From: Takakia lepidozioides
Lineage: Eukaryota; Plantae; Bryophyta
NCBI GenBank assembly: GCA_030704615.1
Contig: CM060733.1
Location: 44,764,001-44,828,000, forward strand
Length of the DNA stretch: 64,000 nucleotides
Reading direction: 5' to 3'
A program made the translations under genes and the position numbers. This document shows, piece by piece, positions 12,200-24,928 of the stretch; position 1 is the first letter of the stretch, and every line of letters starts with the position of its first letter. The notes beneath the pieces were generated by a model. It had not been told where the DNA came from, searched no databases, and saw only the letters and a list, made by a program, of their open reading frames with translations.

Positions 12200-13029
12200 C
12201 ACAGGTAAAGGCCTCCCCTGTTTTGTAAGGGAAAAAACAAAAAAAACAAAAAAACAAAAAAAATGATTTGAGCATTCTGATTTTCGAATCTGTCTTCAAA
12301 CATGATTTCGTTGCCCTCTGGGTCCGAAGCCTCAACCTCCAATAGAATTATCAGACTTTGAGTAGGCTCTACTTGCCGTTGTATGGGGTTCAGACGATGA
12401 AGTACGCGTCGCATTAGTGGCCCATCGTCTCGAGAGCGTCAGCGTGATGTTGAAGGTCATGAGAGTCAGTAATTAGATAAGCGACAACTCCAATGTATCT
12501 GGTTCCTGTGACTCCATGCTACCAATACAAGATGCAAGAGTGCATGAAGTGTAGCTATATATACTGATGTGTGGTGCTCTTCCATGCTTAGCGTGTATCA
12601 GGTACATTGAATGTTGAGTCTTCACCTTTAAGCTAATTTGGCTGACATCATCGTTGTGACGTCTTATTGACGTGTAGCTCAGGGCTTAGCTGGATATCGT
12701 TGATGAAATTCTTGGACTTTGTCAGATGCATTGGCGAGGTTGGATGAAGGTTCCCACGTTCGTTTGCTGATGTCGTAACATTTGCAATGTACGAAATACT
12801 CAAGACGTTTATACTTGATACGAAAGTTTAGGATTTCGTCGACTTCATACTTAATTTCCTGATTGACTTTGATTGGTGGATGTGGTATGGAGACTCTCCC
12901 TGGAATATTCGATGGATGATACAACTCCAATAATGAAACATGAAAGACTGGATGGATGCACATACTTCGTGGGAGTTTAAACCGGAAACTGACCGAATTT
13001 ATTTGTTGAATAATTTTGAATGGTCCCAG
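12200..13029 (-). mobile_element. 3' remnant of a chromovirus (Tcn1-like Ty3/gypsy): integrase GPF motif + chromodomain, 3' UTR, candidate PPT
   Basis: GPFKIIQQINSVSFRFKLP..IHPVFHVSLLE..YEVDEIL..LEYFVHCKCY..TWEPSSNL (12679-13024); AGGGGAGG on the - strand near 12212-12219; cut at 13030 by a CACTA terminus. Confidence 0.8.
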
Positions 13030-13565
13030 CACTAGAAGAAAAACGTGGAATAACCACTGCCCCCTTAACCACTTGTCTTTTACCACTTTATAAATCACTC
13101 CAAGTAATGGTAACCACTGGCCAGTGGTTAATTCCGATGAAATGCCACGGTGGCATATGGAGTGGTTGGAAGTGTTTTCAACCATTGAGTAATCCACATG
13201 TAATATTTAATGTTATATTTATTATTCGACATTTGGTCAAATATTTATATTTAATAATGATAATATCCGACATGGACGAGTACAATGATAAATTATGAGT
13301 GATTAAAGACACCTTAGTGATGGGAAGTGGTTGAAACCACTTTCTACTCCACGTGTAATAATTTTTTTTTAAAAAGATTTTTATCATTTCAAAATAAATT
13401 ATTCCACGTGGACGAGGATAGTATACGTAATTGGTACCACTTTGAGAGTGGTGTAGAGTGAGTGGTTACAGACCATTTAGTAACTGGAACCACTCGGCCA
13501 GTGGTTACGCGTGAGTGATTACATACACACCAGTAATTGGTATTATTTATGTGGTGATACATGAA
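13030..13565 (+). mobile_element. CACTA-type transposon left end with ACCACT/AGTGGT subterminal repeats
   Basis: CACTAGAAGAAAAA at 13030 exactly at the breakpoint of the integrase ORF; many ACCACT/AGTGGT motifs; related sequence at ~39030-39415. Confidence 0.6.
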
Positions 13566-14415
13566 AAACTTTAGTGGTTTGTGTGTTGATGGAAAACCCA
13601 AAATCCATCCATCTATTGCTACATTCATCCATCCAGTCATGAGTAGAGGGGACTTGGCGTTTTTTTTGTCTTCCCTGCCACTATGGCATCTGTTTGTTTT
13701 ATTTGTGTCGAGTTTGATCGTGAAAGACAAACATGACAAAGCTGTGTTTGTTTTGTCGAGTCTGATCATGAGAGACGATGGGCGGAGCTGGTGGGATAGG
13801 GGCAGACAGGGACTCAAGACCTAGAATCAGGGCATGAAAGTGTGCACGATGATGGGACAACCGCGAACGCAAGGTGTGGCAGCAAGGCGTGAACATACGA
13901 TGCAGGGGCGTAACGAGGGGCAAGGGTGTGGCTACGAGCAGCCGACCCCTTCACACACCTTTCCAAAGTCCTGAACCAACCCCTTCACAATAGATTTCGA
14001 GGGGCCATTTCAGTGAGAAGGGTGGGGATGCTCTAAGTCTGCAAACGCCTAGCCCTTGCCAGAGAGGTAATGCGTTGCACTTGCTCCAGGATGTGTGTGC
14101 TAATTGGGTCTTAGGTGCTTGCTTGTTTGACTCCCGCTAATGGTAGATGTTTCATAGTGCAAATATGGTAGATGTGATGGAGATGATTGATGCAGGCGAG
14201 GTTATGAGGAGATGATTGATGTGCTTACACTTACAGCTGAGTTGAATGTAATGTTTGCTTACATTATCCAGAGACCATCTTGTTGGCTACTAATTTTTCA
14301 CATGATCGAGTTTATAGCTGGAGAATATCATCGCATTATACATACTAGGTGCGGTCCTTACAAATTTGAAAATTTCTGAGTACTCATACCAGCTGAGTAC
14401 TCACGAAGTTGTTAA

Positions 14416-15636
14416 CCCTTAAGTGCCCAAAACTCATTTTCACCCTCTCGTGGAAAAACATGACCCTGGCCCACAAAAACTTTTTTCATATGGAGAATAT
14501 GTGTCCCTGTGAAACTGACCGTTGGAATTACTTCCCACCTACCCCACCTCCTACCACAAAAAGTTTCATCAAAATTCAACCGCCAGATCTGAAGATTATG
14601 AAGTGTAGGGTGGGGACAAAAAATTCTCCACTAAGAAATAGGTGTCAAGCAGTTTTTTGCTCGTATTTGGGCAGTTTTAATTTTTTCCTTTTGAGAGTCT
14701 CAAGAATGTTGTTCCATACCTGATAACACACATTCTCAGAAATTTTCAGTTTTTTCTGAAACGGGCTCCTTTGTAGTGACAAATTGGGGGATTCAAATAT
14801 GCCATTTTCTTTGGGCAGGCCAAAATCTCTCTTCCTAAAATTATACAAAAAAGATCAGCCGGTCAATCCCTTATCCTTCCTGTTGAGATGTCATGGCATT
14901 CATATGAAGTCCCCGAAAAACTTTGGGACCAATCAACAAATGCCACCGCATCTTTTCCCTGCCCAAGACTTCAAATGGCACACCTATGTTATAGCCTGCA
15001 GGCCTAGTGTATTTGGAGCCGTAGCCCAGAAGGGCACGGGGTTTGGGAACTCCTACGGGGTTTGGGAACTCCTTTCGCTACCCGGCCCTGCTTTCATGGG
15101 GCCCACTCCACCCTCAACCCTATAAAACCACCGCCCCAGGTTTGGCCCACCCATCATGGGAGTTTTCTCGAGCCGCGAGCTCTGCCGCCTGCATCGTGGC
15201 TGCACTCCCTCCAGCCTGGCCTGCTATGAGCCCATGGTGTTGGCCGGAGCTGCCATCGCCGTCGATCTCAGGTTAGGGCGCAGGCCTGGGAATACCCAGA
15301 CCTCCATACCCCTGCCGGGCAATCAATGGATTCGGGCAAGCAATCAATGGATTCGGGCAAGCGTGCCGCCCATCCCTTTATGGGGTATCATTCATTCACC
15401 CTAATCTGACCGCAGTTGCCATGTCAGCAACTTGGGCAGGTTAGGGGTGCCAAAATGGCCTCAAAAAGCTGAGTTGGCCCCCTTCCAATTGGTCCAGACC
15501 CTACCCCTTCAGGCATTGACCAATGTCATATGAAGGGGGCCCCATTATCTGTCGATTGAGCCCAAAAAAGGGCCAATCAGCCTTAACCACAGGAATGTTA
15601 AGGTAAGCCAAAACGGGTCGGATTGACACTTATGGG
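14416..15636. mobile_element. Non-autonomous piggyBac-like element (TTAA TSD, CCC...GGG termini)
   Basis: TTAA|CCCTTAAGTGCCCAA (14412-14430) and ATTGACACTTATGGG|TTAA (15622-15640), imperfect TIRs; non-coding interior with short tandem repeats (21-bp caatcaatggattcgggcaag x2 at 15320-15361). Confidence 0.65.
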
Positions 15637-16306
15637 TTAAAGTGGAATACCAGTACCTCGACTGGTACACCACACTGGTTAGGACTTAGGACAGGCCAAT
15701 TACCTTCATTACATTGTGACAAATCATGAACAAGTAATGATGCCAGCTTATTCCTACCAGCATCCTGTTGCCCATATTACCCCAAATCTCCCTTAGTTTC
15801 AAAAACTCTAGGCAGAATTTAACTTCCCAAAAATTATCCACCGAGTAGTGTCTGTTTACTGCCAAGCCGGCTCTCAGCATTGGCGTGAAATGTGCATTGA
15901 ATCAATAACAGATGTTGAGGCATGCTACTTATGGAGTGATGATGAAGCAGAATGTTCACACAATCAGAGCACTCAAAGGTCACTGATGATGAAGAAAAAA
16001 TCCAATGAAATATTCTGATGAAGCACGAAAGGGGTGCCAGTGCATGTTGATGGTGTTCTGTACTAAGATTGTTCAGAGTGACGAGGCAGCACTTTTCGTA
16101 ACTACCTGCGCTCATTCTACTGAAAAGTAAAGTAAAGTTTGTTTAAGAAAGAAAGACGAGTGACGGCAGTAGGCATGAGGCATGCAGCAGCCGAGCTGAC
16201 ATTCGGAATAGAATAGTCAGAAGTTGTTTTGGGTGATTTCCCAATCCGGTGTGTGTAGAGTTTGCCTAGAAGAAGAGAAAGATGATGGTGGGGGTGGGGG
16301 GTAAAG

Positions 16307-17492
16307 CTACCTTGCCGCAGCCTTGGCTCGTTTCCAGACGATGACTACAACTTCGCAGTCGGAGGATGCCAACAAGTCTTCCCCGTGATTCCATGCCACT
16401 CCAACCACTGGCACACCATGGCCCTGGAGCTTGTTCACACACGGATGCTTGGGGCGCGTGAGAAGTCGTAGAAATAGACGTTTGCATCCTCATGCCCCGA
16501 CACTATGAACTCTCCCTTCCTTGTACTTGCAATGCAACGCTGAAGAACCGCAGGCTGCCATCTACGGTGGCGGCGAGGAGAACAGGCCCATTGGCCAAGT
16601 GGGAGAAGATGCGAAACTGGACGGTGGTGGTGGCCGATTTGCACAGCCCAACCATTGCAATGCGATGTGAATGCCTAAGGAAATGCTCTTTGTGTATCTG
16701 CAAGCTCACACTGTGAATGCAACCCTTGGAATCTCCCGCAAAGATAACGTGGCCTGCCTGGTCGATGTCCTTAGCAGTGATGTTGCTGTCAAGAGAGAGC
16801 CTATGCAAGATGTGACCAGTGCTAAAGTTGAACACCACTATCTGTTTATTCCCGTTTCCCACAAGGAGATGCCATAGATGACGTGCAGGCATTCCCCGTT
16901 CTTTACATCCCAAACCCTCACGCTCTTATCCATCGATGACGAGCTCAAGTACTGGTTGTTCAGTGACCAATCCAAGTCTGTGACTTCTTTGGTGTGGCCC
17001 TTGAGACGATGCAGAACACGAGGCGGGAGCAGCACATTGCCATTGCTGCGCAGCATACGCCAACAGATCTGAGCTCGTATGCCCAAACTTCACAACATTT
17101 ACCGAAGCCTTGCAATCGTCAAAAACGCAATGCATACCAACAAATGAGTAGCCCGGCTCAGCGGCAATCTCTGCAGCTCCGGATTCACTGACTGCACGAC
17201 CCCCCTTACTTGAGTTCCAGCTGCTCATCTCGTAAGATGCCCATAGCCCAATTTCTCCAGGAGCACTGAAAGGACTCGTCGGGTGTGATTTCTCCGACTG
17301 CTTAAGCTGCCGTATGTACTCACGGATTACCAAGTAACCACTCCCATTCAACTCCCATTCGTGTCGCAGCAGACTGCCTGCAAGGGCCTTCCGGTAGATC
17401 AGTAGGCGGCGCATGGCGATATAGGAGGCATCGTCATTTCCAGGCTCCAGCAGAGCCGCATACACTCTAGCATGGCCGGGCTTCCCACTCAT
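16307..17492 (-). pseudogene. WDR13: WD40-repeat protein WDR13-like, intronless, frameshifted and internally deleted
   Basis: LLEPGNDDASYIAMRRLL, AEPGYSFVGMHCVFDDCKASVNVVKFG, LKGHTKEVTDLDWSLNNQYLSSSSMDKSVRVWD, WNHGEDLLASSD..VWKRAK*; pieces fall in different frames with no GT-AG introns. Confidence 0.8.
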
Positions 17493-19176
17493 AGCGCTGG
17501 CATGACACTGCCCAGAATCTGCTGGAACCTGAGATCCAGTTCTCAGGAAAAAAGACGGATCGAAAGCTTCTGAAACTCCTCATCTGCACACACGATCCAC
17601 GACATGATCAACCCTGCATCTGCATCCTCGCAACACTTGTATTAGGTTCAGCTTTTAGGTGTGGAAACGTTGGTGGTTGGTGCTTTATATTCTGTCATTG
17701 GAACTTACCCGGTGCTCATTCCCCTTCCCTTTTTTTTATCATGAGGATAAGGCAAATGGAGATCGATCAACACTGTAAGTATACAGACTTCCCGCACTTC
17801 GCAACAGATCCAATAGCTGATGGTGTATGCAGAGAAGCACCCACAAGGCTCAACAATCATATCAACTGAAATTTAAGCTCAGAGAGAAGCACCACAGAAG
17901 CGCATGAACAAAACAAAACCACAACGCCATCTCGCCATATATCTAATCTTCTTTCCTACAATGCAGGCTCTTAACCTATCACATTGGAGAAGTGCTGTTA
18001 CGCACACTTCCAACACGCTTCACAAAATGAAGTCAACCAGACATGCTGACACGCTGGCTGATTCTTTGCTGTCTGCAATGATTTTTCTTGGCAGGAAGCC
18101 CAGAGATAATCAACTATGACACTACATTCTAGGAAGGGAGATTGATGTGGACAACCAAGATGTCGAGTTAGACTCAGAGCACATGCCAGTTAAGGACACC
18201 TAGGCCTCGTTGCACCAGAATCGACCCTAAGCTGTTTCATGAAGAATGCGAACAGTGAGAGATGTTCAACCACCTCCTACCCCACTGTCACTCATGACAG
18301 AGCTACTAAGTACAGACAACTCCCCAGCTAGAACGACGTAACTTTTAAGTTTACAAAGGATTAGATCACAATTGACCATCACATTCGTGTCTCACATTAT
18401 CTCCATAGTGCCAACCAATAATGACATGCAACAGAGCAACGGAGCAACGATGCGATATATTAGAACCATCTTGGAAAGCTCCAAAAATACTGTTGACAAG
18501 TTTGGTGATGCTGCACAAGTGCTTTGCCTATGAAAGCAGGCACAACTGACATGCCAAGCACCAAAGGCTCGTTTTCTATACTGAAAAATGGATGATCAAA
18601 CAGATTTGAGCCAAAGCTGATAACTACTGCACCTGTCTTCCTAACATAACAGTAAGGAACAGACCTCTTCCACCATATGGAAGGGATTTTGCACTGGAAA
18701 GATTAAGGACATGACCCAGTAACAAAACTGCTTTTAACACAGATTCTCTTGTTTCCATTGAAGCAATAACATTGATCCGCATTTACTAACCAGTAGACGC
18801 TGATCACTGAATGCCCAAAAACAACAAACTGAACTACCTCTGATGGTAGATTCACTGGCCAAGAAAGAGTCTGTTTTTTGATTGCTAAGAATCTATCAAT
18901 GGTACCTTAGGAGCCGCCACCCAGAGATGGTTGTGGACAACAAATGTCAGTGACACATAGCATCTGCAAATCAACATTTAAGTATACTAGATGGTTTCTA
19001 AAATCTGTAACAAGGGTTACAATCGAGCTCCACTCTACACCCAGCACTAACCAAATATGGACATGGCACCAATCCAGAGAGTGCCCTGCCTCAAACCTAG
19101 GTTAACTTGAAACTGTTCCCACACAAAGCGTCTGCCGAGTACTCCAAACCCCCCACCAGTGCCACAAGATGGTGAG

Positions 19177-19497
19177 CTACTTGATATACTGGGACATCCA
19201 CTGGATTCCCTCGCCATAGCCCATCTTACGCACAATACTGCACATGAAAACTTCAATTGGCCGCATGTTGGTCTCCCCCATGTTCACCTTGCCCTTGCCC
19301 GTGGTGTAGTTGCTGAGGCCCAGTGGATACCGCAGCTCATCTTCTGATGCTGCGTATGGGATATCAATCTTGTTGCCCAGGATCAGAAAAGTTACTTGCC
19401 CCAGTGAGTCATCTGAAAATAGCGCATCCAGCTCCTTCTTCGACTCCACAAACCTCTCTTTATCAGCTGCATCCACCAAATACACTATGGCATCCAC
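19177..19497 (-). pseudogene. SAR1: Last exon of a SAR1 small GTPase; upstream exons not found
   Basis: cag|[71 protein letters not shown]; substitutions at normally conserved positions (LFSD, VTFL, RYPLG, GIQW). Confidence 0.8.
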
Positions 19498-21259
19498 CTG
19501 CATTTGAAACATATGATTGTTTAAAGCCTGACTGCCATGGACTAAGAGTGAAGACACTTGAACAGCCCTGTTCAGTCTCCATACAGCCCTAATCCATCAC
19601 CGATTGTATGAGGAGGATATAGCTCCTACAATTGTCATATAGCTCCTACGTCATGTGCATGACCTTGTCCATCATTACTGGAACCCTATACTACATTCGT
19701 AGCCAGACAAACCATAAAAGACCTCATTAGTCACTATGACCGTGTGCTGCAGGTTCCAGGTGCTCCTACAGCAAAGCGGCTCCTGTGAGAAATCCAATGC
19801 AACAACAATACCCCCAATCCATAGGACAGAAAGACGGGACTATCAATACTATGATCTAGCACTTTCGTCTGCTTCAACCCTAGACAGATCTATCTCTTAC
19901 ATCATCAGTCAGGATATTGCCAGCACTCAGAGCGGCAGATATTTTCTTCTCCTGGTATCCTTCGGCGTATTATCATCCACTGATATACATACAGTACAAG
20001 TTCAATATACCTTTGACCCTTACGCCCCTGTTTTTTTCGCTCTCTTGTAACTTTCTGTGATTTACTCTGATTGAGGTGACGTTGGAAGAAACAATGTAGC
20101 CCTGAATGGCAGCTTTCCAACGACCCTTTGCACGCTTTTAACAGGGAAACACTTGATTTTTTATGAATTTTACAAGTAATTCAAGTCAGCTTTTTGGCCC
20201 ACGCTGCCCAGATCTGCATACGTGGCCCCAAACTGTGTTAGGGCACCAGGCTGGCGGGCGTGGCAGCCCGCACTGGCTGCTAGACATGGGTGGGTGTGAA
20301 GGGTGGCCCCTACGACGGGCTACTTCGGGGACAAAACAGGGGGCGAAAGAGGCGAGGCCGGCGTAGGGCAGGCCGGGGAAATGTAATGTGGAACCGCTAG
20401 GCAGCTTGGGGTTCCAGCCTGGAAGCCTCCCCGAAAATATCACCGAGGCTGGCGAGATTCGTTATGTTTACTGCGGGATCAACTTACCAATTGCTGAGAA
20501 ATGTAAACTGGAATTCCCGGCAGTCTATTCTGGAATTCCGTCCAGGAACCCCCTACACTACCCTGGCCAAAGAATTTCCTATTGCATTTGGATGCTACAT
20601 TTTGTGAAATTTCGGGCCTCCTTCAGGTCAGGCAATTGGACGCCGGATTCTGGCATAAGTCCGGCGACGTTTTCTGGGCCACGTCGACGGTCCCCCATAT
20701 TTCGCAGGGCCACCTCAATCGAACCCGGCCGCCCCTGCATGGCCCCCCGCCGCAAAATGCCACCCCCGTGGCCGCCGGCCTGCCACGTTGACGGTCAACG
20801 GCGTGGCGTCCCCCCCCTCCATCCAAAATCCTGCAAATCGCAAACTTCAAAAATCCCTCACGGCGGAGATTTTACCTGTTGGGGGCGCCGTAAAGACCGG
20901 CGTGCGCATCTTCTCAAGCGCTACATTTTTCGTTAAAGCCGCTCCTTCATCCGTCTTCATCCGTGCATACTGCGGATGGATGAAAAATCAGGCGACCCGA
21001 TTCGGTCGTTTAGGGGTTAAAAGAAGAAGTTGCAATAAGGAATTCTTCCCAACCGATTTTAAGGGTTTATGACTACCCCCGACGGAGGCTCGCATATGTG
21101 CTCATTCCCTCTACTCTCGCTCAGTCCCTTTCGCTCTCTCGCTCTTTCTCTCTGAATTCTGGTCTCCTATCTCTGATTGCTCTCCTTGCTTCCATTACTT
21201 GTCGTTGCTGCTTGCACCTCTCTTGATCTGGTTTTCTTTCCAGAAAACCATACCCCTGC

Positions 21260-23501
21260 ATGGAAGGCAGGATGGCTAAGCGTGAGCGTGTTCGAAAGCT
21301 TTTGGAGACAAAGCTACCGCCGGAGGAGTTTGAGGAAACTAGCCACCAAGATTTGGATATACTTGTGAACAATGGATTTACATCTCCAAGTGTACTTGCA
21401 GCTGCTGACAGGGATTCTTTGCTCAGTGTTCTTCCTGGCCGACTTGGTGTGGTGATATCGCTCGTTACAGCGTTTAGAGAGCCCCAGCATTCTGCAGGTA
21501 TGTTTCCAGGTGAAGGTATGGTGCGATTCGGGAAACACTCGTTCAACCCCTCTATCAATCTCGTTTTTTTTTTACCCGGGTGCACCGCGGTTTCAAGAGT
21601 TTCCTGCGGACGTCTTCTATTTCTATTCGTATAGGGCCAAACGTTTGTAGACTGCATTGCCACGAGGTCCATCTGTTTTCCTTCGTTTCCAGTTGTGCTC
21701 TATTCTTTGAGGCTTGAGGCGATTTGTTTCCGTAGATTGCTTTGTTTGAAAAGCAAAGGTTTATATTATCCATGACTTTAGAATCCTTGTTGGATTATGG
21801 CCTTTAACTGTCAATGCATGAGAAGTTTGTTTTGTGTACTCAGGATTGGTTCATGAGAGTCTTCACTCCGATGTTCAGATTTGTGGAGTCTCTGACGTCG
21901 ACGTCTGTCAAAGACAATCTAGATCGGGCGCGAACGGGCTCGGGATTTGCGATCACTTTGCCGGATGGTGTGTACTGGTTCGGTGATGAGTTGACTTTCA
22001 CCAACCAAGTTTTTTGTTCGGAGTGCTTATGTTGAGTTGAAAGAGGCTCGCCCTGCTTATTTTGAGAGTAGGCCTTTCCATGCAACTTTGTTCACGGGCA
22101 CCCCTGGAATTGGTAAGTCACACCTGGCTGCACTGATGGTGGCAAAATTCTTAATCGACGGGAAAGTGGTTGTTCTAGAAAGGTTGGCCTCAGCAGGATC
22201 CCTAGATTCGAAGGAACGTTTCATTTACAGGCTTGAGCTGCCCAAAGATGGCCCTCCATTAGTTCACGTAACAGACCGGAGCCTAGATGCTGGAAGTGCT
22301 GCAAAAGGAAGTCAAGAGGGCAGCATACGTTGTAGACGGCTGTAGTCCAAGCATCTCTGTGTCTCTGTGGGGTTGTGCCCAGGTATATTAATGTTGGTTT
22401 TTGGCAGTGCACAAAAGCAACACTTTAGACTTCAAAGGAAGCATCCTGATACCCTTGTGTTATACATGCCCCTCTTTGAGCTAGAGGAGTTGGAGAAATG
22501 TGCTGAAACCGTAACACAGCAAGTTAGAGGTGTCCAAAATTAGGGAGTGGTTTGCTGTTGCAGGTGGAATTGCACGCACAGTGCTTTATGGGCAAGTTAT
22601 GGGAAAAAAAATTGACGAGTGGAAGATGAACTTGCGTTATGCAATGACCACGTCCACAATCCACAGCCACATGCTTCATGTTGGAACTAGTGGATTTCCT
22701 CCAGGCAGTGATGAAATCTTCCACTGGACAGTTCCTGATCCTGAGGACCTCCCTGGGAATTCAAGCAGCCCAGAGAAGAAGTGTCTACGGAAGTACAGCA
22801 GAGTGTGTCTGCGATTTGCATCACCGCAAGTGGCAGCTCTCTTGAGTTTGACAATGGGGATGCATGAAGCAATAGATGTTGCGAAATTCTGCATGAAATC
22901 ACTTGGGCACATGGAGCAAGCAGCTAAGAGAGGTTACTGGTTTGAGCAGCTGGCTCACTTTATGCTGGCATCAGGTGGATGCTTTAAATGCCGCCTGTTA
23001 GGCCAACAGGTTGAGTTTGAACTCGTGCTGCCAAAGTCAACTATACATACGTTTAACAGTGTAAAGGAAGCGGCTGAATCGGTGGAAGCAAATTGTAAGA
23101 GGTACTGCCTGCCCTCTTCATCAAATTTTGCTGCCATGGATGCATTCAGCAGCCCTGTGTTGTATTTCCAGATGGCTTCTGGGAACCACCATAAAATCCA
23201 GCGAAGTGGGCTTAAAATTCTTGTGGGGGCCATGGAAGCGGACTCCGATAAGAGAGCTGAGGCATACAGTCACTTGGAGGGTATCTGCCCTCTGCCATCA
23301 CCCCAAGTGTGGCAGCCACTACTTCTGTTTGTCACAGACCCTTCCAATTATGACGATGGGTTCAAAGAGGTGCAGAAATTCTCCGATGGTTCTAAGATTC
23401 ACAAGGACCAGACGCCTTTGGTGCGGCAGGCTGTTCTCAAGCTTCCACTTGAGTCCTTAACTGACCAAGATACCAGAGATCCACAGCAATTAACAGCTTA
23501 A
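21260..23501 (+). pseudogene. Crinkler/RHS-type (CR) protein: SAM-like header + P-loop NTPase + restriction-endonuclease-fold domain; frameshifted
   Basis: Header exon 21260-21497 (LVNNGFTSPSVLAAADRDSL..LPGRLGVV), intron to 21843, LPDGVYWFG..FVRSAY, TGTPGIGKS, YVVDG, LYMPLFELEEL, AGGIARTVL, RGYWFEQLAH, YCLPSSSNFAAMDAF..YFQMASGNHH; frameshifts near 22010, 22300-22440 and 22530. Confidence 0.75.
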
Positions 23502-24928
23502 GTTCAAGCTAAGGAGGAAATCTTCGAGCAAGCGTCCAAGAAGTTCAAGACATGAACATTCATTTTACAGTTCTGGGTGCTGGCTGTGCCTTCATCTTGT
23601 CCCCAACCACTACGTTGGGTGGCTACAGACATGTCATGATGCTCAGCCAATGCTCTCTGAAACACAAATTCTCGTTGTTGCAACCAGGAGACCCTTGGAT
23701 GGATCATTAGAAGAATCTTTTAAGTACCTCGGGGACTATAAGTTTATAGGGATTCGCATGATATGGCCCATGCCCACTCCATTGGCGTGTAAACTCATTG
23801 TTTCGTTTGCGGCATTTGAGATACTTTTGCAACCATTTCTCCCCGGTGACAAACATTTTGGTCCTGTCTCTTGTCATAAACCCACTTTCTCTATCTGTAA
23901 AATCGCTTTCCAGATGGTATTATCTCATGGGATTGTGCAATGTTATGCCATGTGTGTTGATGTCTTTGCTCACGTGTTTGTACTGAAGTCCTGATGCCAT
24001 AAAAGAGGGTTGAAGCTAAGCTTAGAGAAAGATGGCTGATGGGTTTGTGTGGATGGTGTGGGGCTTCTAGGGGCAAGGGGAGAGATTGTTGGCACATGTT
24101 TGGGACCCTGAATATGCAGAATATTACTATGGATGTAGTGAACCCAGCACACGCTTCCCAAGTTTGTGGCTCTCTCTCAAAATCTGTAATTGGCCTGTGC
24201 ACGGGCAAGGCTATTGAATATACCACTGGAGATTTGCAGTATCAGTATCGTCAGACTGCTAGAGCTGCAGGAACAAGGATTCATTCATTTTTTTCTCATA
24301 TTTTGTCATGTCAATATAGATTATATGTTTCCTTGCTCAGGGATAAGCTCCTTTCCCACCAATACACTTTTTGTTGGTATGGGACCAAGTGGATATGCAG
24401 AAGGAAGCAGGAGGTTCTGCCACTCCCAGTACTTTATAAAAGCAATCCCTTGATTGCCTCATCGACAGTCTCAAGGTACTGGGACTGGAGAGTAGATAAA
24501 ACTAGGAATGAGGGTTGCCTAAGCTATCTAATGAAGGTTACAAGTACTGAATGGTCATGCTTGGTGGGAGGGAGAAAGCTAAGAGTTACATATATGTGTA
24601 TGAAGTATCCTGAAATCCCAAAAGTGGCCATTGAACAACCTGCTTCAAGTACTGTGTTTCTGTTGTTTCTGATACGAGGATACTACACCCACTCTCCATT
24701 TACCTAGTGATTTCCTGGAAACTCAGCAGCCTTCCCCTTTGGGATACACCGCCCAAACATTAATACTCTGGCATGTGGACTCTAGCTATTGGTTTTCAGT
24801 TCCTGGTTACATCTGGGACGAGAATGTGGTCAAGTCGAGTCACCTCCCTTATGTCCAAGTTTCTGGAGGGAAGTTAGTGCAATACATGAATCAGGATTGA
24901 GTTTCTGCTTGTTGAAATGTACTTGCAG

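Noticed and set aside
20140-21020. Second piggyBac-like element ending GGGG|TTAA at ~21020
   Set aside because: No matching left TIR found; GC-rich TE-like sequence left unassigned
24039-24707. 222-aa ORF as a gene
   Set aside because: No recognisable motifs; lies in intron-like sequence upstream of the TauE exons
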